Assembly: GCA_027051095.1 (NCBI GenBank)
Contig: JALUAM010000002.1
Location: forward strand, 14,703-78,702
DNA from: Acidilobaceae archaeon
GTDB taxonomy: Archaea > Thermoproteota > Thermoprotei_A > Sulfolobales > Acidilobaceae
Length of the DNA stretch: 64,000 nucleotides
Direction: 5' to 3'
This document shows positions 55,809 through 64,000 of the stretch, piece by piece. The position numbers and the translations under genes are program-made. The number at the start of each line of letters is the position of its first letter. The stretch's first letter is position 1. The notes below the pieces were generated by a model. The model was not told where the DNA came from and ran no database searches. It saw only the letters and a list, made by a program, of their open reading frames with translations.

Positions 55809-55898
55809 TTGGGAGGGCGACAGAGGACGACCCTATTCATGGACACGTCTAAGAAGCAGGAGGAAGAGGATAAGAGGAGAGGGAAGAAGAAGAAGTGA
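55809..55898 (+). CDS. Putative 29-aa charged peptide MGGRQRTTLFMDTSKKQEEEDKRRGKKKK
   Basis: GGTGG + 5 nt + TTG; its TGA overlaps the GTG start of the next gene (GTGA). Confidence 0.5.
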   Translation: MGGRQRTTLFMDTSKKQEEEDKRRGKKKK

Positions 55899-56731
55899 GC
55901 TGCTGGCGGTGGCCTCCCCCTAGGAGGGAGTGGAGGCTCGCCGTAGCAATACCGGGGAGTGTTTTAACGGTTGAGCAGGGCCTTTTGATGAAAACTGTGA
56001 AAGCGGGAATTATAGGTAGGCTGCTGGCCGTTTTCAGGGTCGACGAGGTCGCTATTTTTAAGGACCCTGATACGAGGGCGGAGGATGCAAGCCTCCTAGC
56101 CAAGTTGTTAAGGTACCAGCTCGCTCCGCCGCACCTTAAGAAGAAATTGTTCCCACTCAGCGACGACTTGAAGTACGCTGGCGTGCTTCAGCCGCTTAGG
56201 ACCTATTCCCATGACATCCCCGAGGAGCCGGCTCCAGGTGCCCTAGTTTACGGGCTTATCGAGTCCTGTAGGGGACACCGCTGCAAGGTGTTTCTCGGGC
56301 GGATGGGATACGGCATAGTCAGGAGGAGCGCTAAGAAGCTAAAGCCCGGCGAAGTTGTGCTAGTGAGAATAGTTGACGTCGAGAGGGATAGGATAATGGT
56401 AGAGCCCGTGGAGGAGGACAGAGTCAACGCTTACATGGGCTTCAAGGTGCTGGAGTACGAAGGCGTCAATGACTTGGTAGAGGATTACAGGTCCAGAGGG
56501 TTCGCGGTCGTGGCGACGAGTAAGTTCGGTGAGTGTAAACGGGTATCGATATGTGGTAGAGACTTATTACTAGTCTTCGGGGGGCCCTGGAGGGGGCTTT
56601 TAGAATATACTGATAAATCGCTCTACGATGATGTAGTTAACACCGTATGGTGCCAGGGCGTTCTCACCGTTAGGACTGAAGAAGCTCTAGCCGCTACGCT
56701 AGCAATCTATAACGTAGATTGTACACATTAA
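55895..56731 (+). CDS. SPOUT RNA methyltransferase (DUF171 family)
   Basis: AIPGS, FRVDEV, PPHLKK, VFGGP..GL, QG..TVRTEEA; upstream of rpl3. Confidence 0.85.
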   Translation: MSCWRWPPPRREWRLAVAIPGSVLTVEQGLLMKTVKAGIIGRLLAVFRVDEVAIFKDPDTRAEDASLLAKLLRYQLAPPHLKKKLFPLSDDLKYAGVLQPLRTYSHDIPEEPAPGALVYGLIESCRGHRCKVFLGRMGYGIVRRSAKKLKPGEVVLVRIVDVERDRIMVEPVEEDRVNAYMGFKVLEYEGVNDLVEDYRSRGFAVVATSKFGECKRVSICGRDLLLVFGGPWRGLLEYTDKSLYDDVVNTVWCQGVLTVRTEEALAATLAIYNVDCTH

Positions 56732-56839
56732 AACCTCCTAGGCTTTTTATTCTAATCCCCTTGACCCGCTCTCAACCTCCTTTATAGGCCTTGAAGGTTT
56801 CTTTAGACTGGGGGTCCCGGCTACTGCAGGTGCTCAGTA

Positions 56840-57883
56840 ATGGGTGCGCGTAAGAAGAGAGCACCCAGACGTGGGAGCCTAGGCTTCTCCCCTAGGAAGA
56901 GAGCGTCGAGGATAGTGCCTAGAGTTAGATCTTGGCCCCACGTAGACATAGGTAGACCCGTGCCCCTAGCCTTCCTAGGCTACAAGGTGGGCATGACGCA
57001 CGTATTCATAGTTGACGATAGGCCCGGTAGCCCGACCTACGGCAAGGAGATATTCGTGCCTGTGACCCTAGTGGAATCGCCCCCCATGTATGTGCTAGCT
57101 GTTAGGCTCTACGGCTACGACCCTAACAGGGGCCTATACACGATCGGTGAGGCGTGGGCTAATCCACCTCTAGATTTGGAGCTACACAGGAAGGTGAAGA
57201 CTCTGGGTAGTTATGACACGGATAAAATGGTGAAAGCCTTAAGCGAGAAGCTGAGTGAGGCCGTGGAGGTTAGGATACTAGCCGCTACTCAGCCGAAGCT
57301 TACAGGAGGCCTTAGCAAGAAGAAGCCGGACATACTTGAAATCAAGATCGGGGGGGTAGACGATGTAAACCAGCTATTCGACTACGCCGTGAAGAAGCTG
57401 GGAACAACGCTTCCAGTAAGCGAGGTATTCCAGGAGGGCCAGATGGTGGATGTGATAGCGGTCACTAAGGGCAAGGGCTTCCAGGGCGTTATTAAGAGGT
57501 GGGGCGTAAAGGAGCTGCCTAGATGGCACAAGCATAGGAAAGGGAGTAGGAGAATAGGCGCTAGGAGCCATGGCAAGGGCACGTTCTGGGAGACGCCTCA
57601 GGCAGGCCAGACGGGCTTCCACAGGAGGACGGAGTACAATAAGAGGATATTGATGATAGGTGGTGAGGGCGACGGCTATAAGGTTACCCCTGCCGGCGGC
57701 TTCCTACACTATGGCATAATAAGGAGCGACTTCGTGATGCTGGCCGGCAGTATACCGGGGACGCCTAAGAGGCCTGTAGTGCTCAGGTGGCCCATTAGGC
57801 CTCCCGAGTGGTACCTGAAGCTTGGCGAAGTGAAGAAGCCGACTATAACATACATAAGCCTGGAGAGCAAGCAGGGCAACTAG
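56840..57883 (+). CDS. rpl3: 50S ribosomal protein L3
   Basis: PRRGSLGFSPRKRA, GYKVGMTH, KGKGFQGVIKRWG. Confidence 0.97.
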   Translation: MGARKKRAPRRGSLGFSPRKRASRIVPRVRSWPHVDIGRPVPLAFLGYKVGMTHVFIVDDRPGSPTYGKEIFVPVTLVESPPMYVLAVRLYGYDPNRGLYTIGEAWANPPLDLELHRKVKTLGSYDTDKMVKALSEKLSEAVEVRILAATQPKLTGGLSKKKPDILEIKIGGVDDVNQLFDYAVKKLGTTLPVSEVFQEGQMVDVIAVTKGKGFQGVIKRWGVKELPRWHKHRKGSRRIGARSHGKGTFWETPQAGQTGFHRRTEYNKRILMIGGEGDGYKVTPAGGFLHYGIIRSDFVMLAGSIPGTPKRPVVLRWPIRPPEWYLKLGEVKKPTITYISLESKQGN

Positions 57884-57898
57884 GCGGGTGCCGGGGGT

Positions 57899-58714
57899 AT
57901 GTATAGCACGCTTTTCCTTTACACGCGTGGACCGGTGATAGTGCCTGTTTACAACGCCCGCGGGGAGAAAGTAGAAGATATACTCCTCCCAAAGTTCTTC
58001 AGCCTCTATGTCAGGAAGGACCTTATAAGGAGGGTCTTCTTCAGCGAGTTCACCGCGAGACTCCAGCCTAAAGGGAGAGATCCGATGGCTGGAAGAAGAA
58101 CCAGCGCGGTGAGCCTGGGGCCGGGCTATGGCGTGGCTAGGGTGCCAAGGATCAAGGGTACTATGAGAGCGGCCCTAGTGAACATGGCAAGGGGAGGTAG
58201 GGCGGCCCACCCGCCTAGGGTGGAGAAGAGGCTTCACGAGGAGGTGAATAAGAAGGAGAGGCTGCTCGGCACTATGAGCGCCCTAGCCGCTACTAGCATG
58301 CCGGAGATGGTTAGGGCTAGAGGCCACGTGTTCTCGGCTGAGAAGCTGCCGGTTATAGTGGATTCCGAGGTCCTAAACGCCGTTACTACCGTGAAGGAGG
58401 CCAAGGAGCTTCTACAGAAGCTAGGCCTCTACGAGGACATAGTTAGGGCCAAGGAGAGGAGGCGCTGGAAGGCCGGCAAAGGCAAGATGAGAGGTAGGAG
58501 GTATGTTATGCCTAAGAGCGTGCTTTTCATAGTTGAAGACCACGAGTCTGGGTTTGCCAGGTCTGTGAAAGGCCTGCCCGGTGTCGACGTTGTAGAGCCG
58601 GGCTTGGTCAGCGTTCTCCAGCTAGCTCCCGGAGGCGAACCGGGCAGGCTAACGCTGATAACCACGGGCGCTCTGAAAGCGCTTGAGGAGAGGTTCAAGG
58701 TGGAGTTGCCTTGA
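57899..58714 (+). CDS. rpl4: 50S ribosomal protein L4
   Basis: [33 protein letters not shown]. Confidence 0.96.
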   Translation: MYSTLFLYTRGPVIVPVYNARGEKVEDILLPKFFSLYVRKDLIRRVFFSEFTARLQPKGRDPMAGRRTSAVSLGPGYGVARVPRIKGTMRAALVNMARGGRAAHPPRVEKRLHEEVNKKERLLGTMSALAATSMPEMVRARGHVFSAEKLPVIVDSEVLNAVTTVKEAKELLQKLGLYEDIVRAKERRRWKAGKGKMRGRRYVMPKSVLFIVEDHESGFARSVKGLPGVDVVEPGLVSVLQLAPGGEPGRLTLITTGALKALEERFKVELP

Positions 58715-58971
58715 GGCCGGAGGACGTGATTATAAGGATTCATTATACAGAGAAAGCGTTGATGCTGCTAGAAGAGCAGAATACTCTAACCTTGATAGTG
58801 AGGAGAGATGCTACCAAACATGATATCAAGCGGGCCGTGGAGAAGCTGTTTAACGTGAAGGTTGTAAAGGTTAGAACTCTGATAACGCCAAGAGGCGAGA
58901 AGAAGGCTTACGTAAGGCTTGCACCAGAATATGATGCGAGGGAAGTTGCCGCCAAGCTAGGAGCAGTCTAG
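58711..58971 (+). CDS. rpl23: 50S ribosomal protein L23
   Basis: [20 protein letters not shown]. Confidence 0.96.
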   Translation: MRPEDVIIRIHYTEKALMLLEEQNTLTLIVRRDATKHDIKRAVEKLFNVKVVKVRTLITPRGEKKAYVRLAPEYDAREVAAKLGAV

Positions 58972-59927
58972 CTACTGCCTTCCCTCTCAATGCTCTCGCT
59001 ATCCGCTGGAGGCCCCCACTTCGGCGGCTTGGGGCCTATCTCCTCTACTATCTTGACTACAGCCTCAGCTATTTCCCTGAAAGCCTTAGCGGCTTCGCTG
59101 TCAGGGTACTCTAGGAAGAATATCTTGCCTCTATCGTTTGCTTCACGTATGCGCGGGTCTATCGGGATCTTGCCCAGCATCGGAATGCCGTATTGCTTAG
59201 CTATGTCCTCTGCAGCGCCCTTACCAAATATGTAGTGGATGGAGCCATCGCTGCACCTAAAGTAACTCATATTTTCTATTATGCCTATCACCGGGGCCTC
59301 CACTCTCTTAGCGAAGCTCACAGCCTTTTTCACCACAGACTTAGCGACCTCGCTGGGTATTGTGACTACTATGAAGCCTGTCAGCTTGGGTATAAGCTGC
59401 GTTATGGTTAGGACTTCGTCGCCGGTGCCAGGGGGCAAGTCTATGAAGAGGTAGTCCAACTCCCCCCAGTCAACGTAGGCTAGCAACTCTCTAATCGCTC
59501 CAGTCTTAATTGCCCCTCTCCATATCAACGGTATTTCGTCCATCGGCAGTAGGAGGCCCACTGAAACGACTTTAAGGCCGGGGGGCACTGTTGCAGGCTC
59601 CATAGTGCCGTCCGGCCTAGCCTGGAGCCCCAGGCCTGTTGGGAGGCCAAGCATCTTATGTATACTAGGCCCGTGTATATCCGCGTCGAAGACGCCGACT
59701 CTCCTCCCCTTCAAGGCTACGGCTGCGGCTAGCGACGCGGTGACAAACGACTTGCCCACGCCGCCTTTGCTGCTGATAATGGCAACCTTGTATTTAATGC
59801 GGGACATGTTCCTGACTATCCTTATCTGCTGTTCTTGTATCGCCTTCATCCTCTGGGCTATAGCCTTGTACTCGCTACGTGAAAGCCTGAAGCCTCCAGT
59901 TGTAGACACTACTATGCAGCACCCCAC
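58968..59927 (-). CDS. Mrp/NBP35 (ApbC) Fe-S carrier ATPase (start may be GTG 59909)
   Basis: [32 protein letters not shown]. Confidence 0.92.
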   Translation of the reverse strand: MGCCIVVSTTGGFRLSRSEYKAIAQRMKAIQEQQIRIVRNMSRIKYKVAIISSKGGVGKSFVTASLAAAVALKGRRVGVFDADIHGPSIHKMLGLPTGLGLQARPDGTMEPATVPPGLKVVSVGLLLPMDEIPLIWRGAIKTGAIRELLAYVDWGELDYLFIDLPPGTGDEVLTITQLIPKLTGFIVVTIPSEVAKSVVKKAVSFAKRVEAPVIGIIENMSYFRCSDGSIHYIFGKGAAEDIAKQYGIPMLGKIPIDPRIREANDRGKIFFLEYPDSEAAKAFREIAEAVVKIVEEIGPKPPKWGPPADSESIEREGSS

Positions 59928-59966
59928 GGTTGAGAGTATGGCGTTTTGAAGGGTAAATAGAGGCCC

Positions 59967-60833
59967 TTATGAACTAGCGGCTACGCGTCTACGCCAAGCT
60001 GCTAAAGCTTCAAGAATCTCGAGTTTAGTGAGTATGCCTACAACTCTCTCATTGTCGACTACCGGCAGGGAGCCTATGCCCTCGGATAACATTATGTCTG
60101 CTGCTCTCGCAGAGTCCTCGAGAGGCCCCACGGTTATCGGGTTAGGCGTCATTATGTCCTCGGCTAGGGCTATAGTGTATATCCTGGAAGTCACGATCTG
60201 GCCTCTGTAAACTGCCGCCCTAGAGGACCTGGCAACTCTTTTATAAGCCCCCTGTAGCCGTGTAAACGCGAAGATAATGTCCCTTCTAGCTATTATACCT
60301 ACCAGCTTGTCGCCGTCGAAGACCAGGACTTTGCCGGAGGAGTCCAGCTCGACCAGCTTGGCAACGTGTATTATACTATGCCCTCTGTATGCTCTGGTGT
60401 AATGCCTTCTCATTACATCCTCGACTTTGTAAGCATTGGAGAAATGCTCTATGAATGCCCTAAGCAGGCCGCTCTTAGTCAAGACACCCTGAATTCTGCC
60501 TTCATCGTCTACTACAGGCAATAGCGGCATGTTATGCTTGAGCATGATTAACGCCGCTGACTTGACGCTCTTCGAAGGCGTTATAGAAATTATATTAGTA
60601 TTCATTACGTCCTCGACCGTGATAGAGTCTATAGTTCTGGACGGGTACTTGTATGCTAGGGCTCTAGCTATGTCGTAGGCCGTTATAACGCCTATAGGTC
60701 TCCCTTCGCCGTCAACGACCACAAGCTTTGAAATGGACCTAGCGAGCATTATGGACCTAGCTGTGTCTAGAGAGTCCTTGGGGTCCACAGAGTACACTTG
60801 CCTCTTCATGTACCTCGAGACTCTAGGATACAA
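59967..60833 (-). CDS. 4xCBS domain protein with basic insertion
   Basis: Four CBS repeats (LVVVD..GVIT..D pattern). Confidence 0.88.
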   Translation of the reverse strand: MYPRVSRYMKRQVYSVDPKDSLDTARSIMLARSISKLVVVDGEGRPIGVITAYDIARALAYKYPSRTIDSITVEDVMNTNIISITPSKSVKSAALIMLKHNMPLLPVVDDEGRIQGVLTKSGLLRAFIEHFSNAYKVEDVMRRHYTRAYRGHSIIHVAKLVELDSSGKVLVFDGDKLVGIIARRDIIFAFTRLQGAYKRVARSSRAAVYRGQIVTSRIYTIALAEDIMTPNPITVGPLEDSARAADIMLSEGIGSLPVVDNERVVGILTKLEILEALAAWRRRVAASS

Positions 60834-60835
60834 GG

Positions 60836-61810
60836 TTAATCCTCTCCTAGGGCTACCGCTACTAGCACATCCCTTTCCGTTATTATGCCGTAAGCCTTGT
60901 CACCGTCGCTTACTATTAGGCTGTCAACGCCGCGGTCAAGCATGACTTTTGCGGCGTCGGCCACACTAAGCTTGGGATGTATCGTGTAGAACTCGGGCGT
61001 CATGACTTCATATACAGGGGCTGAAAGGGCCTCCTCTATATCACCGCTTTTCACGAACTTGAAGGCCTCATGGCTTCCAAAGAATTCTACTATGTCTTTA
61101 GCGGTTACTACACCCTTAATCTCGCCATTAGAGTCTACTACCGGGAGCCTCCTAAACCCATATGTGATCATTAGCCTGCATGCTTCCTTTATTGGCGCTT
61201 CGATTTCAATAGTTACTATAGTCGAAGTCATGTAGTCTTCGACCTTCTTATCGTAGGGTAAGGGCTCTAGGCTTCTTATCACGTCCCTTTCGGTTATAAC
61301 ACCGTAGAGGCTGCCATCCTCGTAGAGCACGGGTAGGAAGCCGATACCCTCCCTGACCATTAGTTTAACTATGTCGCTTATGTTGGAGGCCACATCAACT
61401 GTTATCGGAGAGGGATTCATTATGGATTGCACGGGCTCCCTGTTGAGAGCGGTGTAAATGTTCTTGGCGTGCCTATTAACGATTATATTATAATATGGGC
61501 CGCCTCCCAAGTAGTTGACGATATCGGTGGCTAGGAGTACCCCCTCTAGCCTATACTTGGCATCCACTACAGCAAGCCCTCTGATTCTATGCTTAGCTAT
61601 GGACTCCGCGGCCTCCATTATGGGAGACGACTTAGAGATCGTGATGGGCGGGCGCGATGCTATCTGCTTTGCGTCTCCCTCCCTCCTCCTAATCCTCTGA
61701 CTCCAGTTGGGGGAGCCGTCGGCTCTAAGCCATCTAATCCCCTCGGGCCGGGAGCGCGGCTTAACAGGGCCTCTAAAACCACCACTTATCCTAGGACCTC
61801 CCCGCGCCAT
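60836..61810 (-). CDS. 4xCBS domain protein (MJ1225-like) with Arg/Gly/Pro-rich N-terminal tail
   Basis: DIVNYLGGG.YY, GFRRLPVV, GIITERD. Confidence 0.88.
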   Translation of the reverse strand: MARGGPRISGGFRGPVKPRSRPEGIRWLRADGSPNWSQRIRRREGDAKQIASRPPITISKSSPIMEAAESIAKHRIRGLAVVDAKYRLEGVLLATDIVNYLGGGPYYNIIVNRHAKNIYTALNREPVQSIMNPSPITVDVASNISDIVKLMVREGIGFLPVLYEDGSLYGVITERDVIRSLEPLPYDKKVEDYMTSTIVTIEIEAPIKEACRLMITYGFRRLPVVDSNGEIKGVVTAKDIVEFFGSHEAFKFVKSGDIEEALSAPVYEVMTPEFYTIHPKLSVADAAKVMLDRGVDSLIVSDGDKAYGIITERDVLVAVALGED

Positions 61811-61816
61811 AGTTGT

Positions 61817-62569
61817 TCACCTCTCAAACCTTAATGCGGCCTTAACTATGTCTTCCCGGTCAATGATTCCTAAGAGGACCCTCTTATCCTTCGAGTCGAC
61901 TACAGGCAGCCTACCATATCCCCTTTCAACTATCAGAGAGGCGGTCCTGTCGAGGCTCTCCCAGGGGTAAGTGTATTCCACGCTTGGATTCATGGCCTCG
62001 GAAACGCGTATAGTACTGTAGCCTCCAGAGGCCTCGAGCTCCAGTCTAGTATATCCCTTCCTTATCAGGTCGTACTGTGTGACTATGCCTGCAAGCCTAC
62101 CGCCCGCCGAGACTACCGGTAGCCCGGCATATCTCTTTTCAACCATTATGCTCCAAGCCTTAGATAACGGGTCGTCGGGGCTGACGTGGACAGGATTCCT
62201 GGTCATTGCCTGCTCTACGCTTATACCCGAGAGAGCGCCGCCCTCTAGTAGCGCTCTTATGGCTAGCTCTAGACCCGCGAATCCTAGAATAAAGCCTTCA
62301 CTGACGACGGGGAGGTACCACTCGTCCAGTTTAAGCATGAGGTTGACAGCGTCGTAGAGCGTATGGGATGGGGTAAGAACTGCGGGGGGCTCCGAGGCTA
62401 GGTCCTTAGCTCTGGCCATAGTCTTCCTGCTGGTAACCATTAACACGGAGGACCTGTATATGACGCCCTTGAACCTTTCCCTGGAGTCAAGTACGGCTAC
62501 AATACGTGCGCCGCTCTCCCTGAAAACCCTCCTAACTTCCCCATAACTCCAATCTTCCCCTACAGTCAC
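61817..62569 (-). CDS. 4xCBS domain protein
   Basis: YAGLPVV..GIVTQYD, YGRLPVV..GIIDREDI. Confidence 0.88.
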   Translation of the reverse strand: MTVGEDWSYGEVRRVFRESGARIVAVLDSRERFKGVIYRSSVLMVTSRKTMARAKDLASEPPAVLTPSHTLYDAVNLMLKLDEWYLPVVSEGFILGFAGLELAIRALLEGGALSGISVEQAMTRNPVHVSPDDPLSKAWSIMVEKRYAGLPVVSAGGRLAGIVTQYDLIRKGYTRLELEASGGYSTIRVSEAMNPSVEYTYPWESLDRTASLIVERGYGRLPVVDSKDKRVLLGIIDREDIVKAALRFER

Positions 62570-62727
62570 AGGCTCTATAAGCCCGGTGCGGCTTAGAGGG
62601 TGTGAAAGTAGCTTATAAATGCCAGCTTTCAGGGTAACTCCCCAGTTAAGTGTTATAGTTGCGAGCCTTGTTTAAATTAGGCAGGTCTCGGGGTTTATAC
62701 GCGGTAGCCGTTATTAAAAAGGTGTGT

Positions 62728-62994
62728 TTATTTAACGACGTCCACTATATCGCCTATAGACTGTCCTGGAAGGCTCGGCTCGAATCTAACAACTACAACC
62801 CCATTCTTCCTCCCGTGGAGCCTGAGAACCCTACCTTTATAGGTATTGCCGTGCTTGTCTCTGTAGAGCGCTCTGCCTCCTACGAACATGCCTGCCTTTC
62901 GGGGGTCGTCTATTAATAGTTTCACGAGTACCTGACGAGGGTACTGGGTGTTTGTGCCGCGGCGGTAACCCATTATTATGCCTTTAGCTTTCAT
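62728..62994 (-). CDS. rpl35ae: 50S ribosomal protein L35Ae
   Basis: GYRRG..TQ, G.V.RLHG..G.V..RF...LPGQ. Confidence 0.92.
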   Translation of the reverse strand: MKAKGIIMGYRRGTNTQYPRQVLVKLLIDDPRKAGMFVGGRALYRDKHGNTYKGRVLRLHGRKNGVVVVRFEPSLPGQSIGDIVDVVK

Positions 62995-63037
62995 CAAGCT
63001 ACCTCCACCCAGCACCAACTTTGAGGCTTAGCGGCCT

Positions 63038-63775
63038 TTAATGTGCGGTGCCCGGGGCTAGAAGCCGGGAAGGGTAGCCGGGGGGGTCGCGCGGCTCGAT
63101 GTGATAGCCGAGGGCCTTTGCGGCCTCTGAAAGCAGCCTGGCAGAGAGGGCTAGCTTAGCTCTCTTAGCTCCCGGCCAGCCGCCGTAGTCCTTATGTGCG
63201 TGAAGGGGGCTCATCGTGAAGCCTTCAAGCCTAACTTCCAGGGCGCCCAGGGCCATGGCTATCACGGCTGCCCTGTCGCCGTCGGTAAACCCTGCACCCC
63301 CCACGATGCAGTCCCTCGAAGCGGCCGCCTGGCTAGTATATATAATCTTTTGGGGGCAGGGTGGAGGACTCGCGTGCCAGTTATCGTTATGCAGGTGGTA
63401 CAATATGAAGTCGGCTGCGTCGCAGAGCATGTAGTGAAGCCTGAGGGAGACGTCTCCGTCGCCGGTTACGTAAAGTAGCTTTAAGCCGCTAGAGAGCGCT
63501 AAGCCAGCAGCAGCCTCCGGCCCTGCGTAGACGTCGCACCCCTCTGGCGGCGACTCGGCGGCCGGGCCTATAACGCAGATGCTTCTCCCGCGGATCCTCT
63601 CGCTTAGCTCTGCGAGGGCTGTACAGGCGAGCACTGGGTCGCAAGGGGCGCGGAGCTGGGTGAGGACCTCGGAGGCCCAGTCGTAGCCCATAGCCTTCTC
63701 GACTATTGAGCGGTAGGCAGCTACTACGGGTTCAAGCCTTTCCCGCAAGCATCCTAATATCCTGCAGAAGCTCAT
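63038..63775 (-). CDS. 6-hydroxymethyl-7,8-dihydropterin pyrophosphokinase-like (MptE/DUF115), divergent
   Basis: VTGDGD, HLHNDN, TSQ, GFTDGDRA, K..KL. Confidence 0.75.
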   Translation of the reverse strand: MSFCRILGCLRERLEPVVAAYRSIVEKAMGYDWASEVLTQLRAPCDPVLACTALAELSERIRGRSICVIGPAAESPPEGCDVYAGPEAAAGLALSSGLKLLYVTGDGDVSLRLHYMLCDAADFILYHLHNDNWHASPPPCPQKIIYTSQAAASRDCIVGGAGFTDGDRAAVIAMALGALEVRLEGFTMSPLHAHKDYGGWPGAKRAKLALSARLLSEAAKALGYHIEPRDPPGYPSRLLAPGTAH

Positions 63776-64000
63776 AAGCAACCACCGCTAGATCGCTTCT
63801 ACCCGGAGCGCTCCTCCTAATACACCATTCTAGGCCTTCGGCGTAAGATACTATGTCGAAGCTGGGGGTCACGCCGGCTTTCAGCTTAGAGTGAAGCACT
63901 AGCAGCTCCACAATGCAGCCATAGCTTCTAGCGTAGGCTAAAGGCTTTGACCCTTCAACTATAAGTTTCAAACCGCCGCTGCAGGTATAGGCTAGCGCGT
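63732..64000 (-). CDS. 3' end of a gene starting beyond the window, possibly an archaeal dihydropteroate-synthase-like protein
   Basis: Frame is open to the window end; LAVVAYEL C-terminal motif; adjacent to MptE-like gene. Confidence 0.4.
   Translation of the reverse strand, partial: ALAYTCSGGLKLIVEGSKPLAYARSYGCIVELLVLHSKLKAGVTPSFDIVSYAEGLEWCIRRSAPGRSDLAVVAYELLQDIRMLAGKA

Noticed and set aside
1-64000. CRISPR arrays, IS elements, rRNA, SRP or RNase P RNA
   Set aside because: No regularly spaced repeats, transposase motifs or recognisable conserved cores seen; the longest intergenic gaps are under about 270 nt

Overview
Gene-dense, mostly core-chromosome segment of a thermophilic crenarchaeon. 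The Orc1-2/Cdc6 sequence, half-size heme A synthase, Ced genes, rps26e, rpl35ae, frequent TTG/GTG starts and GGTGA ribosome-binding sites point to an Aeropyrum/Acidilobaceae-like Desulfurococcales. It holds many translation and RNA-modification genes (dph5, pus10, trm14, trmJ, hemK-like, ksgA, DUF655, archease, clp1, trmI, THUMP, nmd3, FAU-1, SPOUT, rpl2/3/4/23/35ae, rps26e), tRNA-Ile(GAU), a divergent LysW-dependent lysine/arginine cluster, a Ced DNA-import locus, a yeeE-tusA-selD-like-tusA sulfur operon divergent from lplA, an AT-richer island with two divergent class III signal-peptide (pilin-like) genes, and three tandem CBS proteins. Elements missed by the ORF track: a textbook H/ACA guide RNA (39996-40074, minus), two C/D-box sRNAs (about 20800-20876 and 31209-31269), two small ORFs (16701-16829 and 55809-55898), and likely non-canonical CTG/ATC start codons on three lys genes. 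The CTG/ATC codons sit 6 nt after a GGTG(A/G) motif, as ATG/TTG starts do elsewhere in the window. No CRISPR array, IS element or integrase was seen. All protein calls come from motif recognition by eye; no database search was run.
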